64,000 bases of DNA from the human T2T-CHM13v2.0 reference genome, Homo sapiens, in assembly GCF_009914755.1 (NCBI RefSeq), contig NC_060936.1. One strand, written 5' to 3'. The position numbers and the translations under genes were made by a program. Below are positions 15,071-38,281 of the stretch, in pieces (the first letter of the stretch is position 1; the number at the start of each line of letters is the position of its first letter). Under the pieces are notes generated by a model. That model made no database searches and was not told where the DNA came from. It saw nothing but the letters and a program-made list of their open reading frames with translations.

Positions 15071-18000
15071 TAAAGACAGATTATATTCTTAAATGTGATT
15101 AAATGTAATCCCTATTTTGTAACCAGTTTTAAAGAAATAATATTTTATGCATTTTCAAAGTACTTTAATTTATTTTGTAGAAATTCAAAGGACATTATAT
15201 CTTTTATAAAAAGATTGATAGGAACTGCCTTTTCTATTTTATTCTTCTTACTGGTAGATTTAATAATTTTCCTCTTTTGGCATGATTTTTTCGAAAGATA
15301 TTTCCCAATTCATATGAATTTTGATATCTATTATGTGTCACCATACAAGTAATGAGTCTATGTAACAAAAAGATGAAAGCTTCTATATTTATCTGTTATC
15401 TACATTTGTTACTAAGAGTCAACAGGATGGCTTTATATAGGATGATCAGAAACAGGAAAGCTGTGGTTTAGAAAATGTTTTAATCTGTTTCAAATAACTT
15501 AGCAGGGCAATCTGGTAAAAATGACATGATTAATGACTGAAGAAGATTAAAATATTTTCACATTCTGTTTTTAATGACCTCTATCTTAAGTTTCTACCCT
15601 AAAATTTACAACTAGTAAAATATTATAGGAAAAATATATCATTCATAATCCTCTTGAAGTCGTGTTTTACCTTATCAAATTGTGCCTTCTTTTTAGCCAA
15701 AAATAGCATAAATGTAAAACAAATTTTAACTGAAATATAGCTTTTGTGATATTCTTAAATACATTCATTAAAGTGTTAATATTTACTAGGTTTAACATAA
15801 AAGATCTAAGATTATGTTTTCAATTAGGGTAACACTTCAGTCAGTGTGTAATTTTTTAAAATTTATTCTTACAGCTAGGCAGATCTTCATCATTTGGAAA
15901 CAGGCCATTTTAGAAAGTTTAACTCTAAATGTTTTCTAAGTGCATAAATAGGTGGCATGTATAAGTATTAATGTTGGAGTTTTGCCCATTGATTCTAGTG
16001 GCTCTGTCTTTTTTATCCAAAGATAATGATGTGTATTCAATCTCTGTCATATTTACCTAGAGGAAGTCTTTTTAATCCCTCATTTTTCTCCTTCACTGAG
16101 GTTATGTGTAAATACTACATAAAACAGCAAATAGAAGGAAGTCTGTTTTGTCTAAAGATACCATTCATCTTAAACAAATACATCAGCCTGTCTCCGAAAG
16201 GATAGCGATATGGGTTTTATTTGGTGGGAGAAGGAGGAGGATGGATAAGACCAAAGCAAAAATATGTGGCAAATTATATGAACTGGTATTAAATCCCTTT
16301 AAAAATTGGTTACATTTTTCTGATTGTTTCTGCTTAGGGGAATCACTTCAATGCCACCCGACATTGTTACAGCACCTCTTAATTTTCATTATTATTTGCG
16401 TATTTATTCATTCCTATTTTCATAGTTAGGAAAACTGGTATTGATTTCTGACAGAAATCTGAAGCTAATCTTTAATTAGATATCTTATAGCACCATTTTC
16501 TGGAAAGCCATATGTATGAATTTATAATTCCAGTATGGGAAAAAGAATGTATTACCTTCTCTTAATTATATCTGCTTTTAATTTTCATTATTTCTAAATT
16601 TAAACTCCCACAAAATTAAATAAAATAGCTTTCTTTAATTTGCTACGCTGTGAATTCTTTTGGGACAGAGGCCCGTTAAATTTATCTGTTACTTTTATCC
16701 CCAGCACTAAAAAAATTAAAATGAATTAATTTTTAATTGCTTACATTTGCTTACTTATATTTATTGTGAAAACTAATATATTTGGTGTTACTTCTGCCAT
16801 CTTGTTTCCTCTTTATTATGCCTCCTTGTGGTCTTTTTCTTTCCTTTAGTTGGATTAAAGTTTTGCCCTTTTAAGAAAACTTCTAGTTATATGTTAAATA
16901 TACTATTTCTGTTTATTCTGTCTACCATCTAATTCTAACAAACATATTTGACCTTGTATTTTTTCTGTAAATATTGGGAATTAATTAATATCTATAACTT
17001 CCTTCATTTCAGCATGAGAACTTTAGTACACTTTTGTCTCTGACCCCTGCATGTTTCCCATTATGCCTCTACTTACTTAAAAATCATTTTTTAAGAATTC
17101 CATTAAGCATTACAGCATCATTGTTAACTCCTGTTTAAACTTAACTATTTAATTTTACCTATTTATTTACTCATTACTGTTTCTTGTATCCTGTCTTTAC
17201 CTTTTTTAGACTTATTTTTCATTGTGCTGTAGTTCTTCTTTGGCTATTCTTTCAGAAATGGTTCTAGATAGCAAATATCTGGGTTATTTTATATGCAGAT
17301 TGTTTATTTACAACTCTCATGATATCAGAAAGGATTAGAGGCAGAAGACACACCATTACACATGTATTCTTTAAGAGTAGTTATTGGTAAAGAGAACTTA
17401 CATGATTCTGGGATCTTTATGTTGCTTCCATTAAGGGTGGACTCTTTTTTCTTTTGAATGATAAACTTTTTTATAGGTATGCTTTAAATTTAGTTTATAA
17501 CTCATTTTCTAAAATTTTTCTCTTGGAGAAAAGAAGGAATTTGTTAGGTATCATATGGTTAAAAATACACTTAAACAAATACTTCATAGGCATCTTTTCC
17601 ATGCAATAAATATCCAGTATTGAGAAGGAACATATTAAATAGATACCTGGTTTAGCGTGTTAAGATATGCATCTTTTCATGTTGTAGCTTAAATTTGAGC
17701 TTGCTGGTTCTTTTTTTTCTTTAAGAGTAGTATTTTTAAATTAAATACATACAAATTAAATTTTAAAGAAACAGTATCATCTTTGATTAAATCAGAATAC
17801 ACATTGCATCAATTTTTAAATGTTATTACCATGTCTGGATACTTAGTTAACAACATGTTAGAGCAATTCAAAGGATCACAGGATTTTACTTTGTTTTTGT
17901 AGTTTACAAAGACTAATGTAGCAAAGACCTTTCATGTCAATTTTGTCATAAGTGAAAGGGTAGAATTATTGGTTACACAGATACATGCACCTTTAATATA

Positions 18001-18589
18001 GACTATATATCCTGATATTTCTTGGTCTTATCTCATTATTTCAATTCTGAGTTTATTTATGTAAGGCTATTGTAGAGCTAATGGGTGACAGGATTACAGT
18101 ACAACAGCAGTATCTCATTTTAAAAACACTCAGGGAGTAAGTTTGACACAGCAAAGAATATAGTTTGAGAATGAAAGGCAATGAACAAGGGGAAATAAAA
18201 AAATCAGCAACATGAATAAATAAATATAAAATCAATGCAAATAATGGCTAAAGAGTCTACACATTTTTATGACTTTTAACTTTTACTGTGAAATAGCCTT
18301 CCAGAAAAATTGTGCCAATTTCTCCTTTCACCACTGTGTGTAGTATTTTTTTTCCCCCTTGGACACACTGACAGTCGCTGAGTGTTACTATTATCTTTTT
18401 TCTTTCCAGCTCTGAATATTTCTATCTGTATTTTCTTTGCCTATCTGATAGGTAAAAAGTAGAATCTCATTATTTTAACTTGCATTTTTGATGACTAGGG
18501 AGGTTGAATATTTTTATTCTTATGTACATTGACTGTTTATAATTCCTTTGTGAATTGCTTATTAACTTATTTTTCTTTGGTGAGGCTGG

Positions 18590-18810
18590 AAATAAGAGCA
18601 GGGCTTGAGTCAGACAGACCATCATTTGAATCCTGGCTCTGTCTTTTAAGCACTGTGTAACTTGGGGCATATAATATAAACTCTCTGAGCTTCAATTTCC
18701 TCATTTGTAAAACAATATTTATAATTATAATGCCTACCTCAATGTTATGAGAATTAAATAAAATAACATAGAGTGAAATCACTTAGCAAAGTGCTTGGTA
18801 TACATTAATG
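18590..18810 (+). mobile_element. MIR
   Basis: GAGTCAGACAGAC...TTGAATCCTGGCTCTG...CTCTCTGAGCTTCAATTTCCTCATTTGTAAAA. Confidence 0.85.
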
Positions 18811-19612
18811 ATGCTGCTGCTGATAAGACATAAAGCTGGAAATATTTTCCCAGTTGGTTGCTTGATTTTTTTTTCCTACAAAAATAAAAAATAATTGTAA
18901 TTAGTGTATGTCAGTCTTTTCTTTCTTTTATGGTATTTACTTAGGGTTTATACTAAGAAAATTGTTCTTCACAACAAAGAGTATAAAAATATGATGAAAG
19001 TGTTTTTGAATGTGACTGAGTTCTAAATGGAATCATCAAATTTAGTTACACAGACTAAGAAAGAAACTAATAATTTGTAATCTTTCTATTTCTTTAGGAA
19101 AATATTAGCATTCACTGTTGTTGAAGAAATCCAGAAACATTAGTTCACATATTTAACAAGTTTAAAAAAAAATGTTTTAAGACTGACAATACATTCCCCT
19201 AGATTATTTGTATATTTAGGAAGGGTCTCTGTTATTCTCTACAGTGCTTTTGTGTCCACCAGAAAATGACGTTGTGTTTGGGCCAATGAATGAGAAAAAG
19301 GGTCCTCTCCTTCCCACCCCCACACCCCTGCCCACACTGCAGCTAAATGACTCCTGTGGGTCAAGGCAGGTACACAGCCCTGGCAGTGAGGGGAACAGGA
19401 TCCGGAGTTCAGCTCCCACTTGTTTCTTCCACCAGGTTCCTTGTGCACTGCCCAGAGTGCACCACTTTATCAGATGGGACTGTGTTTCAGTGTTATCTCA
19501 AAATGGTTCTTGAAATAGTTTGAGAAATTAATGATTATTTTATCTAAATCCACTTGTGTAATTCAACTAAATTGAGCAGCTTTTTATCCAGGCACTTTTA
19601 TAAAAGAAAAGA

Positions 19613-19921
19613 AGCCAAGCGCAGTGCCTCATGCCTGTAATCCTAGCACTTTGGGGGCCTGAGGTGGCGGATGGCTTGAGCCCAGGAGTTCAAGACCAGC
19701 CTGGGCAACATAGTGAGAACCCGTCTCTCCAAGAACATACAAAAATTAGCCAGACATGGTGGTGGGTGCCTGTAGTCCCAGTTACTCAGAAGGCTGAGGT
19801 GGGAGGATCACCTGAGCCCAGGGAGGTCAAGGCTGCAGTGCGCCATGATCGTTCGCTGCACTCTAGCCTGGGTGACAGAGTGAGACCCTGTCAAAAGAAA
19901 AGAAGAGAAGAGAAGAGAAAA
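19613..19921 (+). mobile_element. AluJ with AGAAG-type tail
   Basis: GAGCCCAGGAGTTCAAG and GGTCAAGGCTGCAGTG J diagnostics. Confidence 0.95.
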
Positions 19922-21409
19922 GCTTTTTAATTTGAATATTGTGAGCAAAAAGCAAGAGAGCACTGGTACAAATATGCCTCCCTCTTTTCTTCTACCTTGT
20001 TTATTAATCCATGAGCTCTTAAGGGATGGCTTCTTCCTCCTCGTAAATAATGATGTTAATGACATATCTGGGGCCATGCCCTTTTTCATGTCTTCATTGT
20101 TATGGGTAAATTGATCAGCATTGTGTGGAGTATCCAGCAAAATGTGCTCTGCAGAAGTCTCACCCTTCAACTGTACATAACCATCCTGTGGTGTTCCTCT
20201 CTCCTGCCCTTATATTACCCCATAGCTTCCTATGCATGATTCTTTCTTACTATCCTCACAGTCATTTCTACTGTGCTCTTTGGAGCTGTGATTCCATTGT
20301 AAATACATTCTTTTTTATCCTCAAATCTCTTCACAAAATGTTTTCTTCATTTTTTTTTAATTGAGACTTGTTTCTCTCCCAAGGTCCCTCTTGCAGCTGC
20401 AAGAGTACAAGCAATAACTCTTCATTACCTCCTTCAGAACCTCACTTTTCCTTTCTCATGTAAGAACTCCTTACACAGCCACTTATTAACTTTCATCATT
20501 GCTGTGATTTATTAGCTCCCTGGTAATGCCCTTCATTTATTGAGGATTTTAGTTTTCCACTCTAATTCTTGCTATCCTCACGTGTGATTTCAGTGACCAT
20601 GTGGACCGTCCAATCAACAACTGAGTGTCTTCAACCTCCATGTCCCGATCCCTTCCCTTTCTTCCCAGTCTGTTATGTACTTCATCATTTTACTTCCCTG
20701 CCCATCCATCCTAGACTCTATGGTGACCATTTTTCACCTTTGCCAGTGCTCTCTGGGTCCTGGATTTGTTTTCCTTATGCTAAATTCCCCGGAAAAATCC
20801 TCAACCATCTGCTTTCAGTTGTAGCTCCTTCACACAGGCTGCATGGCCCTGCTGGAGGAAAGAGTATAATTATGGGATAATTGCCACTAAAGATTTATGG
20901 TCTTCAATTTCAGGTTGCCCCTTGGCACTATTCTGCAGTCCTTCTGTGTCTTTATCACTTTTCTCAAATCCCCTTTTCTACCACCATTTTCTTTTTGAAC
21001 AATCATCTTGCCTCCTATTTCATAGAGAAATTTAACACTATGAAGCTTGAGCTTTTCTTTCCTGAAACTAACAAACGTTTATATCTACACTGAACCTCCT
21101 TTCTATATGCTTGGAGGAAGAGATGTCCTCTTTTCTAGTTCAAAGTAGTCATCTCAACTCTCTCCTTTGGGATGTTACTCCATCAGTCATTTACTCTAAT
21201 TCCTGAAGCTCTTTAATTCTGCTTACTTCTTCCCTACAGCCTGAAGATAAACTCAAGTCATACTGTCTTAAAAAGAAAATCAAACAAAACCCCAAACGCA
21301 ACTCCTTCAGCTTTGTCCTCTTCTAACTCTTATCTCCTCTTTCCACTGGAATTAAGGTTCTCAGTACACTACGCTGTTTGTATTTTCTTTTATTCATAGG
21401 AATAACCTA

Positions 21410-21900
21410 ATAAAAAAAAATCAAAGGAAAACTGAAGAATTACTAAAGGCCAATAAGCATTTGCAAAAGTTTAGCCTCACTATTACTCATAGAAATGCAA
21501 ATTGCATCAACTATAAGAATATTTACTCAAAAATTAGGGATTTAAGAGTATGGGGAGATGTTTACTCTTGAATATTACTAGTGGGAATATAAATTGATGC
21601 AATCTTTCTGAAAAGCAATTTGGTAATTGTTTAAACCAGTAATTCCACTTTGGGAGACTTCATGAAGAAAATATTCAGAGATAAAAGTGAAAGAATGTTC
21701 ATAGAACATTATTTATTGTGGCAAAAAAACCCTTAACAGCCTAAATGTCCAATAACAGAGGCAGGCAAGGTACCATACTCTCTACATGGAAAAAATCCAA
21801 ATCCCTGTTGGATTTTAATGGTAGTTATTTCATTGTGGTAAGATTGCAGTTGATTTATTATCTTTCTTATAGTTTTCTATAATTTTCTAGTTTAATTTAC
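21410..21900 (+). mobile_element. Old L1M fragment (ORF2 end and 3'UTR)
   Basis: GGCCAATAAGCAT...AGAAATGCAAATT...AGTGGGAATATAAATTGATGCAATCTTTCTGAAAAGCAATTTGG. Confidence 0.7.
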
Positions 21901-23107
21901 AAGAACATGTATTCAGAAATATAAAAGGTATATATATTAATTCCTAATCCTTCTACCCCCACTGTCTTTGTCTTTGGCAAAAGAATGGAGTAGGAATTTT
22001 TGTGAAACAGTGTTTGTATGTCCATAAGCTTTCAGTATGTTCCAGTTGTTTTTAAATTTTCTTTTATGTAGTATTGATGTTCATGATGAAAAGGACAGGG
22101 AATGTGATTTGCACAGGGTTTTCCATCAAGTATTTGAACGATAGGAACATGTTGACCTGCACAAAGTGTTAGAGGAGGAAAAGAGGAACTCTTCAGTGAA
22201 TGATGGGCGGAAGCATTAAAGGAGAAGGAAGAGAACCAACCTGAAACAAGGGAACCAATCATCTCAAGCTAAGAGGAGGTAGGTTCACATCAATAATGGG
22301 TAGATTGTCTCATAATATTTTCACTGAATATAAGACTAACAGTCAAACAGCCTTTAGTTAAAAGTAAAGATGAGTTGGCTCCTTCCCCAGAAAATGTGAG
22401 AAAGTGATTAGTGACAGGAGAGTATTTCTCTTCAGAGGCAAGAAGCTGCTGCTGTTGGTTAAACAGAGATATCCAGGATATGTGCTTCTGGTTGTAGACT
22501 TTTAATTTCTGACTTTACAGATGTAGACTGAAACTTATTATGTGGGTCCCCTGGCTCTGTTTTTTGTTTGTAATTTATATTCATACAAGTAATACTGTCA
22601 TATCAAATAATGGCCAGTAAGTGATAAACAGAATGTTCTCAAAAAAGGTGAATAGCTTGTTTTTCAAAAGTTCATTTGTAAGTTGGTTGTTTTGAACTTA
22701 GAGTACATTTTACTATAGAAACAACATAACAGAAAAATTAGATTTTAAGGCTAGTTCACTAAATATTTTTAACCTATAATATACTTAAAGAAGAAGCCAG
22801 AGTGCTGGAAGAGTTATCAATATAATTGTTGAAGTCATAGAGGATCATGAAAAGTTGGATTAGAAAGAGAAAATTTGAGCCAAGTGCTAAAAGAAAATGG
22901 GAGAGTGTCCCAGGAATCCACAGATGGAGAGGAGAAGAGGATAATTGAAGACTTCCAAAGTGGAGTTCCTTGAATGATAAAACTCTCAAGGGCCTGCCTG
23001 ATTTTCCTGCTACAGTAGTACTGTTACGTGCACCTGGAATTGTTAGTATTTACACTCACTTTAAGCCAAACCCTAACTTTGGTTACCAGGTCAAATTGCA
23101 TTTAGAA

Positions 23108-23295
23108 CAGATTTTCTGAATCTTAGCCACACATAAAAATTATGTGAGGAATTTTTTGAAAACAGAGGTGCCTGGGCCCATCCTAGATCAATTAACTCAA
23201 AGTCTCTGCAGTTGGAGCCCAGACACTGGCATTGTTTTAAAAGCTCCCTAGATTATTCTAATGCACATGTAGAAGGAGGGGTGAACTGCTGGTCA
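23108..23295. mobile_element. MER5-like hAT-Charlie MITE
   Basis: GCCTGGGCCCATCCTAGA...TTTTAAAAGCTCCCTAGATTATTCTAATGCAC resembles the MER5 consensus. Confidence 0.75.
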
Positions 23296-24375
23296 GCCTT
23301 AGAAGTAGTAATAAATTACACAGGGGTAGAAATAGTGGATGTCTATTTTTTCTACCATTTTACCTCTGCATCTAGCATACTTCTTGATTATTAATGGAAA
23401 TTCAATGAATATTTGCTTGAATAAAAGAGTGAATCAAGGACTGAGGAATGAGTGGATTTAACTAGCTCTAATCCCATATATTACAGTTCAGCATTAGGGC
23501 ACAATTTATGGCTAGTCCTTTACTGACTGTGTCTCAATTTGTACAACTGGTCTTTTGTCTGATTCCCAAGTAATACCTTTGGTACCCCAATTCAGTCCTT
23601 CTTGTTTGGTTACTGTTTCTCAGTCATTGTTGTCAGGAACCTGCCAAGAAATGCGATCCTCTCAAGTCAGACTCACTTTCTAAGATCCAGAATCTTGGAA
23701 ATCTTGCCCCTGAATCTCAGCCAAGTAGTTGCGAGCGTGTAAATTTGGCTGACGTTTTGACTTCTTCAGTACTACTTTCTCCAAGATTCCTCAAGAGTGT
23801 GTTCTGTTTCTTCCATTTCATGCTCCCTCTTGTTGACTTGTTGCTCTGGAACGAATTGTAGTTGTAAATGCACAGAAAGAGTTCTATTATTCAGTAAGGC
23901 TTGTTAATTATATTATTTATATTTTCTTCCTCATTTTTTACCTTTATTTTTTGTATTGAAAGATGTACTTTAACAGCTCCCACAATATTTGAGGATTACA
24001 AAGTTTCTTAGTATTTCTAACAGTTTTTGTTTTATATGATTTACTGCTCTATAGTAAATAAAAATTCTTTAGTGTTATGTCTTGTGAATTATTCCTTTCT
24101 ATTAAAAATATTCCTTTTTATTTTTGTCACTGTTGTTGGAATTCATTTTTTTTTCTTGATAGTATTATCCCTACTTTCTTTATGTTGTATGCATTTACCT
24201 TTGCTATTGTCTTATATTTGACCATATTTGTCACTTAAATTTATGCATGCCTCTTAGAAATATAATATAGCTGAATTTTGATTTTTATTTTTTATCCATT
24301 ATGAGAATATTTATTTTCAAATTGAAGAATTTCAACCTTTCGTTTTATTATAAGGGAGACACTTTAAAAAATGCT

Positions 24376-24678
24376 AGCCGGGTGCAGTGGCTCACGCCTG
24401 TAATCCCAGCACTTTGGGAGGCCGAGGTGGGTGAATCACGAGGTCAGGGGATCAAGACCATCCTGGCTAACACGGTGAAACACCGTCTCTACCAAAAATA
24501 CAAAAAATTAGCCAGGCATGGTGGTGGGCGCCTGTAATCCCAGCTACGGGAGGCTGAGGCACGAGAATGGCGTGAACCTGGGAGGCGGAGCTTGCGGTGA
24601 GCCGAGATCACGCCACTGCACTCCAGCCTGGGCAGTAGAGCGAGACTCCGTCGCAAAAAAAAAAAAAAAAAAAAAAAA
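24376..24678 (+). mobile_element. AluY
   Basis: GAATGGCGTGAACCTGGGAGGCGGAGCTTGC diagnostic; long poly(A) tail. Confidence 0.96.
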
Positions 24679-25344
24679 TGACTACCATCTTATTTTATGG
24701 TTTGTGTTTGTTGTTCTTGTTTTGTGTATATATATGTGTGTGTGTATTTACCTGTTTACAAAGGACATACATACACACACATATACATATAATACAAATA
24801 TTATAAAATACAGAAAATCTCCCGTAATCCTATGACTCAGTGTTATTGTTGATGTGTGGGTATGGATGTGGGTACTTCTAGATTCTTTAAAAAATTTTTT
24901 TAATAAAAATGAATTTATCTTGAGTATATTGCTTTGTAACCTGCTAAATATTTATGCCACTAAATATTTATCCATAATATCCCTTTATGGTTTTAAAATA
25001 CATTTTAATACAAGGTATTTATAAATAAGTAAGGTAAATTACTCTATACTCTAAGTAGGAATATGTAGACTGGTGGAAAGATTATCTAGTTACTGAATTA
25101 TATATGGAATATGAAACCATTTATATAAAACATGTTTGTATGTATGCATATATATGAATTAGATGCTTCTATATGCTTGCGTATATTTATCAAAGACTTC
25201 TTTATGCTTGAATTTTAATTTTATTTTATTCAAAACATTTTTGCTTGATATTTTAGAACTTCAAGCAAAATTTCAAGAGGATATAATTGTTTTACTTACG
25301 TAATAAAAAATAAAACTAACACATTCATTTAAAATATTCAAGCA

Positions 25345-28635
<3,291 letters not shown>

Positions 28636-28649
28636 TCTTTTTCTTTTTT

Positions 28650-35101
<6,452 letters not shown>

Positions 35102-35109
35102 TCTTTTTC

Positions 35110-35271
35110 TTTTTTAGAGATAGAGTTTCACCATGTTGCCCAGACTGAGGGCAGGTGCTATTCACAAGTACAATCATAGTGCACTACAATCTCAAATTCC
35201 TGTGCTCAAGTTATTTTCTTGCTTCACCTTTTCAAATAGCTGGGACTATAGGTGTGCCACTGTGCCCAGCT
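35110..35271 (-). mobile_element. FAM (fossil Alu monomer)
   Basis: Reverse strand reads TGTAGTGCACTATGATTGTACTTGTGAATAGC, matching the FAM-specific 7SL-derived segment absent from dimeric Alu arms. Confidence 0.85.
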
Positions 35272-35273
35272 CT

Positions 35274-35683
35274 GGTTAACTTTTTTAGTGGTTGCCCTGG
35301 AGTTTGCAATATACATTTACAACTAATCCAAACCCACTTTCAAATAACACCATACCACTTTGTGGGTAACAAAATGCATTATTGCAGAATATTCCCAAAT
35401 ATTTCCTGTCATCCCTTTTGTCATTGCTGTCATTCATTTCACTCATCAGTAAGTTATAAACACTGAATGCAAGTGATTTACTTGTATTTACTATTATTAT
35501 TATGAACAAACTGCTATCCATTAGATAAAGAAAAGAAAAACATTTCTTACCTACATTTATTCCTCCTAATGCTCTTTGTTTACATAGATCTGAGTTTCTG
35601 ATTTATATCATTTTCCTTTTCTCTGAAGAATGTCTTTTAACATTTCTTGCAAGTCAGGTTACTGGCAACAAATTACTTCAATT
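35274..35683 (-). mobile_element. L1M host element, piece 2
   Basis: TTTTTAGTGGTTGCCCTGGAGTTTGCAATATACATTTA continues the element interrupted at 28635. Confidence 0.75.
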
Positions 35684-35994
35684 AAAAAATTTTTGTTCTA
35701 TGTGGTGTATAGCATGATGTTTTGAAATATGTATACATTGTGGAATGACTAAGTCAAGCTAATTTATATATACATACCACTTCTTTGTGGTGAGAACACT
35801 TAAAATCTACTCTCTTTGCAATTTTCTCAAGTATACAATACATTGTTATTAATTATTGTCTTCATGTTGCACAATAGAGCTCTAGAACTTGTTATTTCTG
35901 TATAACTGAAATTTTGTATACTTTGCCCAACATTTCCCCAATTCCTCCCAACCCCTGACTACCAGCCCCTGATAACTAACCTTCTACTCAACTT

Positions 35995-36284
35995 TTTTTT
36001 TTTTTTTAGACAGAGTCTCAGTCTGTTGCCCAGGCTGGAGTGCAGTGGTGCAGTCTTGGCTCACTGAAAGCCTCCTGGGTTCAAGCAATTCTCCTGCTTC
36101 AGCCTCCCAAGTCGCTGGGATTACAGGTGTGCGCCACCATGCCTGGCTAATTTTTTTGTATTTTTCGTAGAGATGGGTTTCACCATGTTGACCAGGCTAG
36201 TCTTGAACTCATGACCTCAAGTGATCTGCCTGCCTCAGCCTCCCAAAGTACAGGGATTACAGGCATGAGCCACCATACCTGGCT
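35995..36284 (-). mobile_element. AluS inside L1MA
   Basis: TSD TACTCAACTT / TACTTAACTT. Confidence 0.95.
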
Positions 36285-37734
36285 TACTTAACTTCTATAA
36301 ACTCAACTTTTTAAGATTCCACATATAAGTGAGATCATGCAGTATTTGTCTTTCCATTCCTGGCTTAAGTTTACATAATGTCCTCTAGGTTCGTCTATGT
36401 TGTTGTCCCTAATGACAGAGTTTCTTTCTTTTTTAAGGCCGAATAGTATTCTATCATATATATATATATCATATATGATATATATATATACACCACATAT
36501 TCCTTATCCAGTCATTCATTGAAAGAGAACAATATAATTCCATTCCATATCTTGGCTATTATGAGTAATGCTGTAGTGTACCTAGAGGTGCAACTATCTC
36601 TTCAACATACTGACTTCATATTTTTTGGATACATACCCCAGTAGTGGGATTTCTGGATCATATGGTAGTTGTTTTTTATTTTTAGGGGAACCTCAATACT
36701 GTTTTCTGTAAGGTCTATACTAATTCCCACCAACAGTGTACCGTGTTCCCTTCTCTCCACATTCTTACCAACACTTTTATCTTTCACCTTCTTGATAATA
36801 GCCATCCTAGCAGGTATGAGATGATATCTCTTTGTGGTTTGGGTTTGCATTTTCCTGATGATTAGTGATGTTGAGCATTTTTTTCATATATTTGTTGGCC
36901 ATTTGTATGTCTACATTTGAGAAATATCTATTCATGTCTTTTGCTCATTTTTAAATTGGGTTATTTATTTTCTTATTTGAGTTTTTTATATATTTTTGAT
37001 ATTAACTTCTTATCAGATATAAAATTTGTAAATATTTTCTCTTGTTCTATAGGTTGTCTCTTCACTCTGTTGATTGCTTTCTTTTCTGTGCAGGAGCTTT
37101 TTAGTTTGATGTGATCCCATTTGTTTATTTTTCTTTTGTTGCCTGTGTTTTTGGAGTCATATCCAAAACACACTGTCCAGATAAGTGTCATCGAGCTTTC
37201 TCTCTGTGTTTTATTCAAGTAGTTTTACAGTTTCAAGTTTTACATTTAAGTCTTTAATCCAGTCTGAGTTAGTTTTTGCATATGGTGTGAGATGAGTCCA
37301 GTTTCATTCTGCCACATGGCTATAATCTAACAACAAACTATCCAAAAAGAAATCAAGAAAACTATCCCATTTGCCATAGCTACTAAAAAGCTAAAATACT
37401 TAGGAATAAATTTAACTAAAGAAGTGAAAGGTCTGTGCACTGAAAACTATAAAACGTTCATGAAAGGAATTGAAGAACAATTAGATAGAAAAATATCCTG
37501 TGTTCATGGGTTGGAAGAATTAATACTGTTAAAATGTCTGTATACCCAAAACTATCTACAGAGTCAATGCAATGTCTTTCAAAATCCAAATAACATTTTT
37601 CACAGAAATAGAAAAAATAACCTTAAAATTTATATGGAAGCACAAGAGACCCTGAATAACCAAAGCAATCTTGAGCAAAAGGAACAAAGATTGCAGCATC
37701 ACACCACCTGGTTTCAAAATTTACTACAAATCTA

Positions 37735-38100
37735 TGCTATGGTTTGAATGTTTGTGTCCTCCCCAATATTTATGTTGAAACTTTATCTCCAATGCCATAA
37801 TGTTAAGAGCTGGGGTCATTTAGGAAGCTCTGCCTTCAAGTGTAGGATTAATGCCTTATACAAGAATTAGAGGGAACTAGCTAGGTCCATTTTGCCTTTT
37901 TGTGTTACACTGTGTGAGGACCTGGCACCCGAGGCACTATCTTGGAAGCAGAGAGAGCCAGCCGTCATTAGAAATTGAATCTGCCAGTGCCTTGATCTTG
38001 GACTTCCCAGCCTCCAGAACTGTGAGAAATTAATTTCTGTTCTTTATAAAATTATCTGGTCTAAGATATTTTGTTATAGCAGTGGGAATGGGCTAAGACA
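37735..38100 (+). mobile_element. MST-type MaLR solo LTR inside the inverted L1 segment
   Basis: TGCTATGGTTTGAATGTTTGTGTCC start; CTTGATCTTGGACTTCCCAGCCTCCAGAACTGTGAGAAAT; ends CTAAGACA. Confidence 0.9.
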
Positions 38101-38281
38101 CTATACTAATCAAAACATCATAGTACTAGCATAAAAACAGACACATAGGCCAATGGAGCAGTGTAGAGAGTCCAGAACTAAATCTATGCATTTATAGTCT
38201 ATTGACTTTTGACATAGATGCCAAAAACACACAATGGGAAAGGACAGTCTTTTCAATAAATGGTTTTGAAAAACCGCAATT

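Larger units (their letters stand above)
35686..38276 (-). mobile_element. L1MA, 5'-truncated, with 5' inversion (about 37325-38276 on +)
   Basis: L1MA 3'UTR on - from 35686; ORF2 sequence switches strand at about 37324; short CAATT repeat on both flanks. Confidence 0.9.

Noticed and set aside
22635-22760. Possible Tigger-family fragment
   Set aside because: Resemblance from memory is too short to assign with confidence.
35110-35271. 7SL RNA gene or pseudogene
   Set aside because: It lacks the S domain; length and internal segment fit a FAM monomer.
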